A DNA stretch of 64,000 nt from Candidatus Aenigmatarchaeota archaeon (GCA_043814985.1 JBDRJK010000001.1:34436-98435), one strand, 5' to 3'; numbered from the stretch's first letter, positions 10,014-19,699 are shown. The notes: a model not told the origin generated them from the letters alone. Translations and numbers: made by a program.

Positions 10014-11064
10014 GGAACTAGGTCAGAAAATAGTGAAGGATATTGAGAGTGAGAAGAATCCCTCAATGGATGTTCCTGTGAGAAGCCTCTCTAATGTTTA
10101 TTATGATGAGAAGAACAGGATACTGAAACTTGGGATAAACAAGTCAAAAAGGTATTTCTTCAATGTTGCTCATGTGAGAAAGTTCACACAGACCGCTGAG
10201 GTTGCCGCACTGGCAAAGCAGTTGCTTGATGTTGACAAGCACATAAGTCTGAGAGAGGTTTTCTATGCAATGAGGAGAACGCTTCCCGATTCTGACATAG
10301 ACATAGTCAACGAGCAGGATGAGTCTAACATGGCCGTTGAAGACTTGGAGCTGATAACAAACCTTCTCAGAGAACAGCTTCACATAAACGCTAACAAACT
10401 AGGAGCAGCTGCGGGAAGAATAGTAATTAAGGACAAGGGAGACCTTATCGACTGGTCAAAGCTGGGAAGTGGTGGATGGGCTATCCCCTCCAATGTCGAG
10501 GAGATTGAGTTCAAGAAAGTGGATGCCAAGTTTATAATCTACATGGAAAAGGCTGCTGTGTGGGAAAGACTGCACGAAGATAGGTTATGGGACAAGATGA
10601 ACTGTGTGATAATCGCATCCCAGGGTCAGGCAACAAGGGGAATAAGGAGACTGCTCAAAAGAATGAATCAGGAACTGAAACTTCCTGTTTATATCTTGAC
10701 AGATTTCGACCCATGGGGGATTTACATATATTCTGTCATCAAGACAGGTTCAATATCATTGGCCCACATATCAGAAAGACTGGCAATACCTGACGCGAAA
10801 TTCCTTGGGTTATCAGGGGATGACATAATAAAGTATGGCCTGAAAAAACACATAATAAAATTCAAGGATGTTGACATTAAGAGAATAAAGCAAATTTCCA
10901 ACTACGAGTGGTTCAAGGACAAGAAAGAATGGAAAAGGCAGTTCAAACTGATGATGGACATGAAGGGGAAGGTGGAACTAGACGCCCTAGTTTCCAAGGG
11001 AATAACATTCACTTCTGACGTATACATACCAGAAAAAATTAAAAACAAAGAATTTATTGACTAA
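9970..11064 (+). CDS. top6A: DNA topoisomerase VI subunit A
   Basis: SLREVFY catalytic Tyr motif, TOPRIM EK...DFDPWG, ELDAL. Confidence 0.97.
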   Translation: MAKTEKLKQGKKNLKELGQKIVKDIESEKNPSMDVPVRSLSNVYYDEKNRILKLGINKSKRYFFNVAHVRKFTQTAEVAALAKQLLDVDKHISLREVFYAMRRTLPDSDIDIVNEQDESNMAVEDLELITNLLREQLHINANKLGAAAGRIVIKDKGDLIDWSKLGSGGWAIPSNVEEIEFKKVDAKFIIYMEKAAVWERLHEDRLWDKMNCVIIASQGQATRGIRRLLKRMNQELKLPVYILTDFDPWGIYIYSVIKTGSISLAHISERLAIPDAKFLGLSGDDIIKYGLKKHIIKFKDVDIKRIKQISNYEWFKDKKEWKRQFKLMMDMKGKVELDALVSKGITFTSDVYIPEKIKNKEFID

Positions 11065-11140
11065 TTTCTATAAAATATTTTTATTTTATTTTTGCGTAAA
11101 AAAGACATAACTATAAATATCAAAAAATTATAATTTAAAT

Positions 11141-11165
11141 TACGAAATAAAAAAATTATTTCGTA
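11141..11165. promoter_or_regulatory. 10-bp perfect inverted repeat (TACGAAATAA-N5-TTATTTCGTA), candidate operator
   Basis: Read directly; ~30 bp upstream of the ATG at 11197. Confidence 0.45.
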
Positions 11166-11196
11166 TTATTTTATAAAAAAAATTGAGGTGTAAAAA

Positions 11197-11274
11197 ATGG
11201 CAGCAAAAAGGAAAGCAGCAAAGAAGAAAGTAACAAAGAAAAAGACAACAAAAAAGAAAAAAACCAAAAGATAG
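11197..11274 (+). CDS. 25-aa Lys-rich basic peptide MAAKRKAAKKKVTKKKTTKKKKTKR (below the ORF-track cutoff)
   Basis: GAGGTG Shine-Dalgarno at 11185-11190, ATG 6 nt later, tandem stops TAG TAA, T-rich tract downstream. Confidence 0.7.
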   Translation: MAAKRKAAKKKVTKKKTTKKKKTKR

Positions 11275-11418
11275 TAAATAAATTGCCTGAGAAAACGATG
11301 ATGGCGTTTTTATTTTTTCGAACTTTCTTTCTTTAAATTTTTATTATCAGCTCATTCTAAAACCGGATTCAAAACAGCACTAAAAGGTTTAAATATTATA
11401 ATCCTTTATCAATTTGTA

Positions 11419-11492
11419 GGGGCAGTAGCTCAGCCTGGGAGAGCGCACGGCTGAAGACCGTGATGTCGCGTGTTCAAATCACGCCTGTCCCA
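11419..11492 (+). tRNA. tRNA-Phe(GAA)
   Basis: GGGGCAG/CTGTCCC acceptor stem, CACGG-CT-GAA-GA-CCGTG anticodon arm, TTCAAAT T-loop; CCA not encoded. Confidence 0.97.
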
Positions 11493-11528
11493 CTTATTTT
11501 TTAATCTTTAAAATCCAATTTTTAGTAT

Positions 11529-12080
11529 ATGTTTCTTCGTATAGTGCCGGTCAGCAACATAGCCCAGGGCATATTGGACAAGGTACGAAACGACCTGGAG
11601 AGCAACCTGAACATAAAGTGCAGGATAATGCCGGGACTCCAGCTTCCCGAGGGCTCATTCAACAGGTGGAGAAAGCAGTACAATGCAGAAGTGATACTCA
11701 GTCTGCTGTCTGAAAAGTCAGCAGTCAAGTTCATAGACAAGAACATCCCGACCTTACTGATAACTGACGTTGACCTCTATTACGGTGGCCTGAACTTCGT
11801 TTTCAGCCTGGAATATCCTGCAAAGAGCTCTGCCATTGTCTCTATCACAAGACTGAGACCAGAGTTCTACGACGAGAGAGCCAACATGAACCTTCTCGGT
11901 GATAGGACTGTCAAGGAGGTCATACATGAGATAGGGCACCATCTCAGCTTGGGGCACTGCTGCAACACATGGTGTGTCATGTGCTTTTCCCCATCTGTAG
12001 GAGACATCGACATAAAGCAAAAGTATTTTTGCGAGAACTGCAAGATTAAACTAATGACAAGAGGAATAAACATAGGTTGA
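11529..12080 (+). CDS. amzA: Archaemetzincin Zn-dependent protease
   Basis: QYNA, DLY..GLNFVF, HEIGHHLSLGHC...CVM.FS...D.K..FC..C. Confidence 0.9.
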   Translation: MFLRIVPVSNIAQGILDKVRNDLESNLNIKCRIMPGLQLPEGSFNRWRKQYNAEVILSLLSEKSAVKFIDKNIPTLLITDVDLYYGGLNFVFSLEYPAKSSAIVSITRLRPEFYDERANMNLLGDRTVKEVIHEIGHHLSLGHCCNTWCVMCFSPSVGDIDIKQKYFCENCKIKLMTRGINIG

Positions 12081-12084
12081 TTTT

Positions 12085-12669
12085 ATGGTTACCGAAACTG
12101 TTTTAGTAAGAATTGTTGAAGAATATGTGTTTAGTAATCCTCCTCCTAGAGACATTCTTTACCTTAGTCATGTAGATTCTGTCAGAAATTATGCTTTATT
12201 GTTGGCGTCAAAAATAAAGTCTGACAAACTGGTAGTAGAATTAACAGCTCTACTTCACGATATTGGAAAAACAAAGGATTTGAAAAACCACCATATAGAA
12301 AGTGCAAAAATAGCAGAACCACTTCTGAGGAAACATGGTTGTGATGAAAAAACAATACAAAAGGTCGTCAATTGTATTCTAACTCACAGAGCCGAAAGAG
12401 ATGACAAAGCTGAAACAATAGAGGCTCAGATAATCAAAGACGCCGATGGTATAGCTTTTCTGGATATTGAAACAGGCACATGGATAGCCTTTCTATATTA
12501 TATGTGGTTAGAAAGAAAGCTTAGTTTTGAAGAGGGTGTGAAAAAAACCATAATTAAAACTGAAAATATGTACGAAAAGATAGAAACAGAAGAAGGTAAG
12601 TCGATTGCTAGCTCAAATTATAATAAAATAAAAAGTCTACTCTCATTCCCAATTAAGAAAATGTTTTAA
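12085..12669 (+). CDS. HD-domain metal-dependent phosphohydrolase
   Basis: H...ALLHDIGK...HH...H...DAD. Confidence 0.85.
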   Translation: MVTETVLVRIVEEYVFSNPPPRDILYLSHVDSVRNYALLLASKIKSDKLVVELTALLHDIGKTKDLKNHHIESAKIAEPLLRKHGCDEKTIQKVVNCILTHRAERDDKAETIEAQIIKDADGIAFLDIETGTWIAFLYYMWLERKLSFEEGVKKTIIKTENMYEKIETEEGKSIASSNYNKIKSLLSFPIKKMF

Positions 12670-12693
12670 ATAGTGCAAACCTAAAGTGATTAT

Positions 12694-13242
12694 ATGCCTG
12701 ACAAAACTCCGAAAGCAGAACTCCAAGAAGACAAGGTAATAGTCTGGAACACGGGAGACGGCAGAAAGATATTTGACAAGGGATGGTTCGGCGAAATCTT
12801 TGATGACAGGCTGGAGCTTTCCGTAATAGAGGCCACTTACCTTCTGGAGAGGAAGAAGATCGAGATCAAGGAGGACAAGAAGAAGGTCACGCTGAAAAGC
12901 ATCTACAAGCACGCCCAGAAAAGGGACAAGAGGTTCCTGATAAAATACAATGCCTACAAGGACTTGAGAGAGAGGGGACTGCCTGTGAGGACAGGCTTCA
13001 AGTTCGGCTGCGACTTTCGAGTATACGAGAGAGGCGTATCACCAATCAAGAGGGGCCCCAAGTCTGCAAGAGAACATACTAAATGGATTGTTTTCTGCGT
13101 CTCAGAGGACTACGACTGCTCGTTCCAGGAGCTGTCAAGGGCAGTCAGGCTCGCGCACAACATAAGATCCAACATGCTCTGGGCTGTCGTGGACAATGAG
13201 GGCGACTGCACTTACTACAGCGTCACTTACATATCTCCGTAG
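12694..13242 (+). CDS. endA: tRNA-intron endonuclease
   Basis: LS.IEA.YL, YKDLRERG..V.TGFKFG.DFRVY, H, R.AHNIR. Confidence 0.95.
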   Translation: MPDKTPKAELQEDKVIVWNTGDGRKIFDKGWFGEIFDDRLELSVIEATYLLERKKIEIKEDKKKVTLKSIYKHAQKRDKRFLIKYNAYKDLRERGLPVRTGFKFGCDFRVYERGVSPIKRGPKSAREHTKWIVFCVSEDYDCSFQELSRAVRLAHNIRSNMLWAVVDNEGDCTYYSVTYISP

Positions 13243-13247
13243 GTTTT

Positions 13248-14390
13248 ATGATGATTGTCAAAGATATAATGTCAAAAAACGTGATTTGCCTGTCTCCTGA
13301 GGACACTGTATCAGAACTGATTTCCCTGGTGGAAAAAAATCATATAAGGGAAATCCCGATAGTGGAAAACAAGAAGCTGAAGGGCATTGTCTATTCCAAG
13401 GACATTGCAAGGAAGAATGTCACCAATCCCCAAAAGACAAAGATAGCCAAGGTTGTCAAGTCGCATCCTGCAACTGTCTCTCCCGACCAAGACATAAACG
13501 AGGCAGCTGAGCTGATATTGAAGAACGGGCTGATAGGCCTGCCTGTTGTGGAAAAGGGCAAGGTGGTCGGCATAATCTCCATGCACGACATAATAAACTT
13601 CTCCTCAAAGACAAAGCAGTTCAGGCAGACCAAAGCAGAGCAGATAATGTCCATGCCAGAGACCATAACCAATGATGTTGACATCGGGAAGGCCAGATTG
13701 CTGATGAGGGAGAAGAACATATCAAGGCTCCCTGTTGTTGACAGCAAAAACAAGCTGTCAGGAGTTGTGACCATATTCGATCTGCTGAAGGCAGTAAAGC
13801 CAAGGGATAGAATGGGTTTCTACTCAAAAGCAGCTGAAAAGGAGACAATGATGGGCATACCAGTGTCAACAATAATGGACAGGAATCCGGTAACTGCTGA
13901 AAGAAGCAATTCTTTGAACGAGATTGTAAGCCTGATAGACAAGAACAGGACAGACGGCATCATTGTTCTGGAGGGGGGACAACCAATCGGTGTTGTCACT
14001 GAAAAGGACCTGCTGGAAGTCTATGTTTCCAGTTTCAAGCAGAAGGGCATATTCTACCAGATAAGCGGTCTTAAGGACGAGGATGATTTCATACTAGCAA
14101 CAGTTAACAGGATGATAAGGGACAGCCTGCAAAAACTAACAAAGATGACCAAATCCGAATTCTTCTTCCTGCATGTCAAAAGGTACGATAAGAAGGGAAA
14201 GGTAAAGTACTCGATAAGGACCAGGCTGATGACTGAGAGGGGAATTTTCGTGAGCAAGTCGTACGCGTGGGACCTTAGGGAAGCTGTTGACATGTCTCTG
14301 GACAGGCTGGAAAAAATAATAATAAGAGGCAAGGAACACAAAAAGGACAAAATAGAAGATATGTTAAGGTTTAAGAAGTTGCTAAGATAA
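13248..14390 (+). CDS. Four-CBS-domain protein with C-terminal HPF/RaiA-like domain (candidate ribosome hibernation factor)
   Basis: Repeated CBS motifs (IPIVE..KLKGIV, LPVVE.GKVVGII, LPVVD..KLSGVVT, IIVLE..PIGVVT) plus C-terminal ISGL...KYSIRTRL...AWDLREAVD..LDRLEK. Confidence 0.8.
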   Translation: MMIVKDIMSKNVICLSPEDTVSELISLVEKNHIREIPIVENKKLKGIVYSKDIARKNVTNPQKTKIAKVVKSHPATVSPDQDINEAAELILKNGLIGLPVVEKGKVVGIISMHDIINFSSKTKQFRQTKAEQIMSMPETITNDVDIGKARLLMREKNISRLPVVDSKNKLSGVVTIFDLLKAVKPRDRMGFYSKAAEKETMMGIPVSTIMDRNPVTAERSNSLNEIVSLIDKNRTDGIIVLEGGQPIGVVTEKDLLEVYVSSFKQKGIFYQISGLKDEDDFILATVNRMIRDSLQKLTKMTKSEFFFLHVKRYDKKGKVKYSIRTRLMTERGIFVSKSYAWDLREAVDMSLDRLEKIIIRGKEHKKDKIEDMLRFKKLLR

Positions 14391-14410
14391 GATATATTCA
14401 AGGTGTTTTT

Positions 14411-14542
14411 ATTCAAGTTATCTGCGATCGTTGCAAAAAGTCAGTCAAGGAAGTAGGAAGGCTTACCAATGTCAAGTGGAAGGGCGTCAACCAGAAGATA
14501 TGCAAGTTCTGCAGAAGGAACCTGAAGATAAGGGTCAGATAA
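14411..14542 (+). CDS. 43-aa zinc-finger microprotein with probable ATT start (not in ORF track)
   Basis: (I/M)QVICDRCKKSVKEVGRLTNVKWKGVNQKICKFCRRNLKIRVR*; AGGTG SD 5 nt upstream. Confidence 0.55.
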   Translation: MQVICDRCKKSVKEVGRLTNVKWKGVNQKICKFCRRNLKIRVR

Positions 14543-14572
14543 GTATAAAAAATTTTCTTTACCTATATCTGT

Positions 14573-14830
14573 ATGAACGCTTGTGCTGTTTCTGAAGAGA
14601 AATGGGATCAACTCGGAGAAAAGGTAAAAGAACTTGATCCTTCTTTTAATCCCTGTAATTTTAATGGTCCATGTTATGTTCTGCGTGTACCTGAAGATAA
14701 TCTTGAAAAATACAAGAACTTTCTTATAGAGGAAGCAAAAAAGCTGGGAATTGAAGATTCTATATCTATTAAATCTTCAGATGATTTTATGAGAAAGAGG
14801 CATTATCAAATCAAAGTGTCTATGAAATAA
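14573..14830 (+). CDS. Hypothetical protein
   Basis: 85-aa ATG ORF filling the gap, convergent with rhomboid. Confidence 0.55.
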   Translation: MNACAVSEEKWDQLGEKVKELDPSFNPCNFNGPCYVLRVPEDNLEKYKNFLIEEAKKLGIEDSISIKSSDDFMRKRHYQIKVSMK

Positions 14831-15451
14831 TCACATCCAGTCGTCTTCCCATTCCTCGAACTCTTCCTCATTGATGTTTATTCTGGATTTTCTCTTTGAT
14901 ATTATTCTTTCCCCGTACTTCTTTTTCAGATAGAAACCAATGATTAAACCGAAACCTAAGCCAAACAGATGAGCTGCATTGGCCACATTAGAAGGAGCGA
15001 AGAAGCCTATCAAGTCTCCTGCAGCCCAGACGACAACAGCAGCAGCCATTGGCATGGGAACATAACTAATATAGACCCTCATCCCAGGCCTTAACACAGC
15101 CAATGTTCCCAGAATACCCATTATGGCTCCTGAGGCCCCTAGTGAAGCCTCGTAGAATGGGATAGTGCCCAAACCTGCTATTATTCCTGCGAGAAAATAA
15201 AGGACAAGGAACTTCTTTCCTCCTATTATCCTTTCTAGAATGGAACCGAACAAAGCAAGAGCAAACATGTTATAGAACAGGTGCTCAATGCTCCCGTGGA
15301 GGAAAATGCTGGTTACTAAAATCCAGGGCCTTGAGAATACATCTGAAGATTCTAAAAGATACTGGTCTGTTATTGCCTCATTACTAATCTGCAGGACAAA
15401 AACAGCTACGCATATTATCACAAGTGTTATTGCAAACCAATTAAATCTCAT
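14831..15451 (-). CDS. Rhomboid intramembrane serine protease
   Basis: PW.LVTSIFLH...HLFYNM, GASG, AHLFG. Confidence 0.95.
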   Translation of the reverse strand: MRFNWFAITLVIICVAVFVLQISNEAITDQYLLESSDVFSRPWILVTSIFLHGSIEHLFYNMFALALFGSILERIIGGKKFLVLYFLAGIIAGLGTIPFYEASLGASGAIMGILGTLAVLRPGMRVYISYVPMPMAAAVVVWAAGDLIGFFAPSNVANAAHLFGLGFGLIIGFYLKKKYGERIISKRKSRININEEEFEEWEDDWM

Positions 15452-15452
15452 A

Positions 15453-16238
15453 TTAGGTACCTGTTGAGCTATAATTCTTTATGCCGTATTTCCAAAACGA
15501 ATAGGCTATGAAAAACATCATCAAGCCTACTAGGGGAGTGAGAAACGATATGAAACTTACTGTTGTTTTTTGAAGAAAGTACTGTGATGGATAATAGTTA
15601 ATGAAACCGAAAGGTATCACAAATGTCAAAAAGAAATTTATTACAGGATTGTATATCTCAAGGGGGTAATCTGTAAATTTAGTCAAAGGCCATAATAGCT
15701 CTGAAATTGCACTTGATCTGGTCACCCAAAACGAAGTTGTAGATATAATCAAATTGAATGAAAAGAATATCAGAACACCTCCTGTTATAGTAAGTATCAA
15801 GAATAATATGTTAGGAATTGTCCATGCTATTGAGAGAGCACTTGAAGAATACCAGAGTATCATTATACCGGCTATCATATCGCCTATACCATCGTCATCT
15901 ATATTTCCCATTAGAAGGAATAGTAGGGTGTTGACTGGTCTTAATAGGAACATGTCAAATTTACCATCTCTTATATGCCTTTCCACCCTATGGGCAGATG
16001 CCCCTACTAGGAAAACATGCCATATACTGATGGAAAAGTATGATATACCTATAAGGAAAAGCATCTGCTCAAAGGTCCAACCGTTTATGGTAGGTATGTT
16101 CTGGAATATTATCCAAAAAAATGTTACTGATAAAAGATTAGTCAAAAATATTGCTATTATGCCTATGAAAAAGTCTGCCCTATACTCTGCCATTCTCTTA
16201 ATATTCATCTTCAATAGCTGTTTCCATAGTCTTAGCAT
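15453..16238 (-). CDS. ABC-2 type exporter permease
   Basis: EYRADF, IRDGKFDMFLLRPV, YPLEIY, YSSTGT. Confidence 0.9.
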   Translation of the reverse strand: MLRLWKQLLKMNIKRMAEYRADFFIGIIAIFLTNLLSVTFFWIIFQNIPTINGWTFEQMLFLIGISYFSISIWHVFLVGASAHRVERHIRDGKFDMFLLRPVNTLLFLLMGNIDDDGIGDMIAGIMILWYSSSALSIAWTIPNILFLILTITGGVLIFFSFNLIISTTSFWVTRSSAISELLWPLTKFTDYPLEIYNPVINFFLTFVIPFGFINYYPSQYFLQKTTVSFISFLTPLVGLMMFFIAYSFWKYGIKNYSSTGT

Positions 16239-17027
16239 CTAACCACCATGAACAATTACCTTTCTCTCCGCTTTCTTCCAAACCAGATAGCAAATGGAAC
16301 CTAACAATGCTATCCAAAACAATTGAACACCGATAGAGTATAAAATATCAAAATCGGCTATCTTCCCCAAATATATTGAAATTGGTATGTGGAATAATGT
16401 CTGGAATGGCAAGAAACTAGTTATGTTTGAGAGCCACTGGGGAAAAAAATAAAGAGGTATCAATGCACCTGACAATATCTCTGCTATTATTTGCCTTGAG
16501 AGTCTAAGACCCCAGACTCTTCCAGAGGACCAAAAGACCCACATGCCAGTAAGGAAAGCCAACAAATAATCAACAAAGAAACCCAGCACAACACTCAACG
16601 CAAAGGCAAGGGGATTCACTGGCAAAGATATGTTTAGTATAAGGATTGAGACCAAAAAAATCGGCATTGAATTCGTCAAGGCATTCATCAAAACATTGCT
16701 GAACCCCTTTAAGCTCCTGAAGATAGGATAGCTTATTGGCTTTGTCATATCAGTACATATTGCTCCTGATATCACATCATCCTGAAATATGTATTCTATG
16801 TCTGAAAATGTCAGTGGCCTCAGGCACGATGATATCACAAGGTAAGTCAACATCACTGGAAGAGTAAAGCCGTTTATAGAATCCACGCCAGAAGCAGCAA
16901 AGATGGAATTCCAAACAAACCAAAGCACTATTAAGTTAAGGATGGCGCCGAAAAGGCTTGCAAAAAAACGAATTCTGTAGGCAAATCTCTCCCTAAGGCC
17001 AATAGAAATCACATGCAAATATCTCAT
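16239..17027 (-). CDS. ABC-2 type exporter permease
   Basis: AYR..F, LSGALIPLYFFP.WL, LPFQ, C-terminal VHGG. Confidence 0.9.
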   Translation of the reverse strand: MRYLHVISIGLRERFAYRIRFFASLFGAILNLIVLWFVWNSIFAASGVDSINGFTLPVMLTYLVISSCLRPLTFSDIEYIFQDDVISGAICTDMTKPISYPIFRSLKGFSNVLMNALTNSMPIFLVSILILNISLPVNPLAFALSVVLGFFVDYLLAFLTGMWVFWSSGRVWGLRLSRQIIAEILSGALIPLYFFPQWLSNITSFLPFQTLFHIPISIYLGKIADFDILYSIGVQLFWIALLGSICYLVWKKAERKVIVHGG

Positions 17028-18004
17028 ATGCCTTCACAATAAATTTTTCTGATAATGTCCTCTATTTTGGGCTCTTCTATGGAAATGTCATATATAGGCC
17101 ATTTCGAAAGTATTTTCGTTATTACACCAGAAACAGAAGTTTTCTTAGTATCTATACCTAGGAACACCTTGTCAGCTTCAGAGTCAAGAAATCTGACGCC
17201 CTTCCACTTTAGGTCTTTCTTGCTGACATCTTTCTTAAAGTCTACAATCAATACCCTTTCTGTTCCAAACCTCTTTTTTATATCATCAACCAGACCGTCA
17301 TAAATCTTCTTGCCCTTGTCTATGATCACTATCCTCTCACACAACTCTTCAATATCTCCCATGTCATGGGTCGTTATTATTATTGTTACCTTTCTTTCCT
17401 TGTTTATCTTTGTTAGAAACTCCCTAGTCTTCTGCTTAGCAACAATATCCAAACCTATTGTAGGCTCGTCCAAGAAAACAATTTCCGGATCATGGAGCAA
17501 GCTTGCTGCGATATCACATCTGACCCTTTCACCTAGGGAAAGCTTTCTGACAGGCTTTTTCATATATTTGTCTATTTCCAATATTGAAGAGAACATTTCC
17601 AGATTTTCTCTGAACCTGTATTCAGGTATCTTATACAGATGTTTCAGCAAATCAAAGGAATCTTTTACCATCAGATCCCACCAGAGCTGTGTTCTCCATC
17701 CAAAAACAACACCAATGTTCTTTGCATTCTCCTTTCTATTCTCATAGGGTTTCAAACCAAGTACTTTAGAATAGCCTGATGTTGGAGTGAGTATACCTGT
17801 GAGTATCTTTATCATTGTTGACTTTCCAGCGCCGTTTGGACCAATGACACCAACAAATTCTCCCCTCTCTATCTTGAGATTTACCCTGTTCAGAGCCTTT
17901 ACTTTCTTATAGTCCCTGCTAAACAAATCCCTGAAAAATGATTTTCTTTGCAAATCTTTGAATTCCTTGCTAAGATTTTTTGCTTCTATAACAGTTTTTG
18001 ACAT
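17024..18004 (-). CDS. ABC transporter ATP-binding protein
   Basis: GPNGAGKST, LSLGE, FLDEPTIGLD, TTHDM. Confidence 0.95.
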   Translation of the reverse strand: MSKTVIEAKNLSKEFKDLQRKSFFRDLFSRDYKKVKALNRVNLKIERGEFVGVIGPNGAGKSTMIKILTGILTPTSGYSKVLGLKPYENRKENAKNIGVVFGWRTQLWWDLMVKDSFDLLKHLYKIPEYRFRENLEMFSSILEIDKYMKKPVRKLSLGERVRCDIAASLLHDPEIVFLDEPTIGLDIVAKQKTREFLTKINKERKVTIIITTHDMGDIEELCERIVIIDKGKKIYDGLVDDIKKRFGTERVLIVDFKKDVSKKDLKWKGVRFLDSEADKVFLGIDTKKTSVSGVITKILSKWPIYDISIEEPKIEDIIRKIYCEGI

Positions 18005-18070
18005 TAACTCACCACAAAAAGTAAATAGAATTTGACTAAATTTAAATAAGTTACTATCGAAATTTTAGTT

Positions 18071-18184
18071 ATGGGACTTGTTTGCAACAGATGTAAATCA
18101 GAGAATCTGCACTATAGAAAAGGTTCTTCCATAAAATGCGATCAGATGATACTTGTTTGTATGGACTGTGGGTTTGAGTTCTAA
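18071..18184 (+). CDS. 37-aa zinc-ribbon microprotein (not in ORF track)
   Basis: MGLVCNRCKSENLHYRKGSSIKCDQMILVCMDCGFEF*; fills the gap between the ABC ATPase and glyS. Confidence 0.6.
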   Translation: MGLVCNRCKSENLHYRKGSSIKCDQMILVCMDCGFEF

Positions 18185-18187
18185 AAA

Positions 18188-19657
18188 TTATTTGAACTTT
18201 TCGGAAATAATCTTCGCTAAGTCATCTATCTTGACCCTTTCCTGCTCTGCCGTGTCCCTATATCTTAACGTAACCGTCGAGTCTTTTTCTGTATCAAAAT
18301 CAATTGTGACTGCAAAGGGCGTACCTGCCTCATCAGACCTAGCATATCTCCTACCAATGGAACCAGAACCATCATAGAAAACATCAAAATGCTTATCAAG
18401 TTCCTTGCAGACAATCTCAGCTTTCTTATCTAAACCATTTTTATTTACCAAGGGGAACACTGAAACTGTTATTGGTGCCACATGGGCAGGCAATTTCAAA
18501 ACAACCTTTTCGTCCTTTATTGAATAGGACAAATCCAACAATGAATATAATATCCTGTCAACACCGAAAGAGAGTTCCAATACGTGGGGTATAAATTTCT
18601 TGTTGTCAAAGAACACTTCCTGCTTCTGCTTTGACACTTTCTGATGACCTAGAAGATCGTGGTCAGACCTGTAATGAACACCACCTACCTCCTTGAAACC
18701 ACCTAAGCTCTCAGTATCCAATTCCATGTCCCAGTGAATCTTATTGTAGAAAGCTCTTTCATCTTCTGACAACTCTCTGAACCTGAACTTATCTTTTTCA
18801 ATTCCTAAAACATCAAAAAAGAACTTTTGTACCTTTGCCATGTAACGAACATAAAATTTAGGGACTGTCTTTGATAGCTCCTGACAGCTCATCTGAATGC
18901 TGGCCTTCTTATCACTCTCTGATACAGGCAAAACTGTTAACTTGTAACTTTTAACATCCTCCCAATCCTCGTGCTCATCAATCTTCTCAGGATCGAAAAA
19001 TATCTGCAACTCAGCCTGCGTGAACTCCCTCATCCTTATAGTTAACTGCCTGGGGGATATTTCGTTCCTAAATGATTTGCCAACAATAGCCAGACCCAAA
19101 GGAATCCTTTTCCTCAGGGCTGTAAATTGGTTAGAAAAATTAACATAAGCGCCCTGAGCAGTCTCAGGTCTAAGGTAACCTTTTGCATTCTTTTCTGCAC
19201 CGACCTCCATTGAGAACATCATATTGAGTATTCCAGATTCTCCCAATTTTCCCTTACATTTAGGACATTTGATGTTGTTTTCTATTATCAATTTTGTCAG
19301 TTTTTCTGGAGTCATGCCCTCGAATGTTCTTCCCAAAAATGACTCTAGAATATGATCCGCCCTATGCGACGTATTGCACTTGGTGCACTTTGCAACAGGG
19401 TCAACAAAACCTTTCAAGTGACCAGAAGCCTCGAAAACCTTTTCAGACATTATAAGAGGCGGGTCAATCTCGTAAAAGTTATCCTCGTTCAAGAAATATT
19501 TTCTCCATATATTTTCAAGCTTCCTCTTCATCAATGTTCCCATATGACCATAGGTATAGAAGCCAGCAAAGCCTCCGTAAATCTCGTCAGACTGGTAGAA
19601 GAATGCCTTCTTCTTTGCCAACAACTCAATAGTCTCTATATCAGCCATACAAATCAT
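18188..19657 (-). CDS. glyS: Glycyl-tRNA synthetase (archaeal/eukaryotic homodimer type); start may be 19648
   Basis: EIYGG, YLRPETAQG, FRNEISPRQ, REFTQAE, ELSFGVDR, GSIGRRYAR.DE.GTP. Confidence 0.97.
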   Translation of the reverse strand: MICMADIETIELLAKKKAFFYQSDEIYGGFAGFYTYGHMGTLMKRKLENIWRKYFLNEDNFYEIDPPLIMSEKVFEASGHLKGFVDPVAKCTKCNTSHRADHILESFLGRTFEGMTPEKLTKLIIENNIKCPKCKGKLGESGILNMMFSMEVGAEKNAKGYLRPETAQGAYVNFSNQFTALRKRIPLGLAIVGKSFRNEISPRQLTIRMREFTQAELQIFFDPEKIDEHEDWEDVKSYKLTVLPVSESDKKASIQMSCQELSKTVPKFYVRYMAKVQKFFFDVLGIEKDKFRFRELSEDERAFYNKIHWDMELDTESLGGFKEVGGVHYRSDHDLLGHQKVSKQKQEVFFDNKKFIPHVLELSFGVDRILYSLLDLSYSIKDEKVVLKLPAHVAPITVSVFPLVNKNGLDKKAEIVCKELDKHFDVFYDGSGSIGRRYARSDEAGTPFAVTIDFDTEKDSTVTLRYRDTAEQERVKIDDLAKIISEKFK

Positions 19658-19699
19658 TTGTCACTTTGATTTATATGTATATTTAGAAAAAAGTATTTA

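Noticed and set aside
11065..11190. Very AT-rich intergenic stretch as a replication origin
   Set aside because: No ORB-like repeats and no adjacent cdc6; better explained as terminator plus promoter.
11197..11274. Ribosomal protein L41e identity for the 25-aa basic peptide
   Set aside because: Length matches but it lacks the KW..KR.RRLKR pattern.
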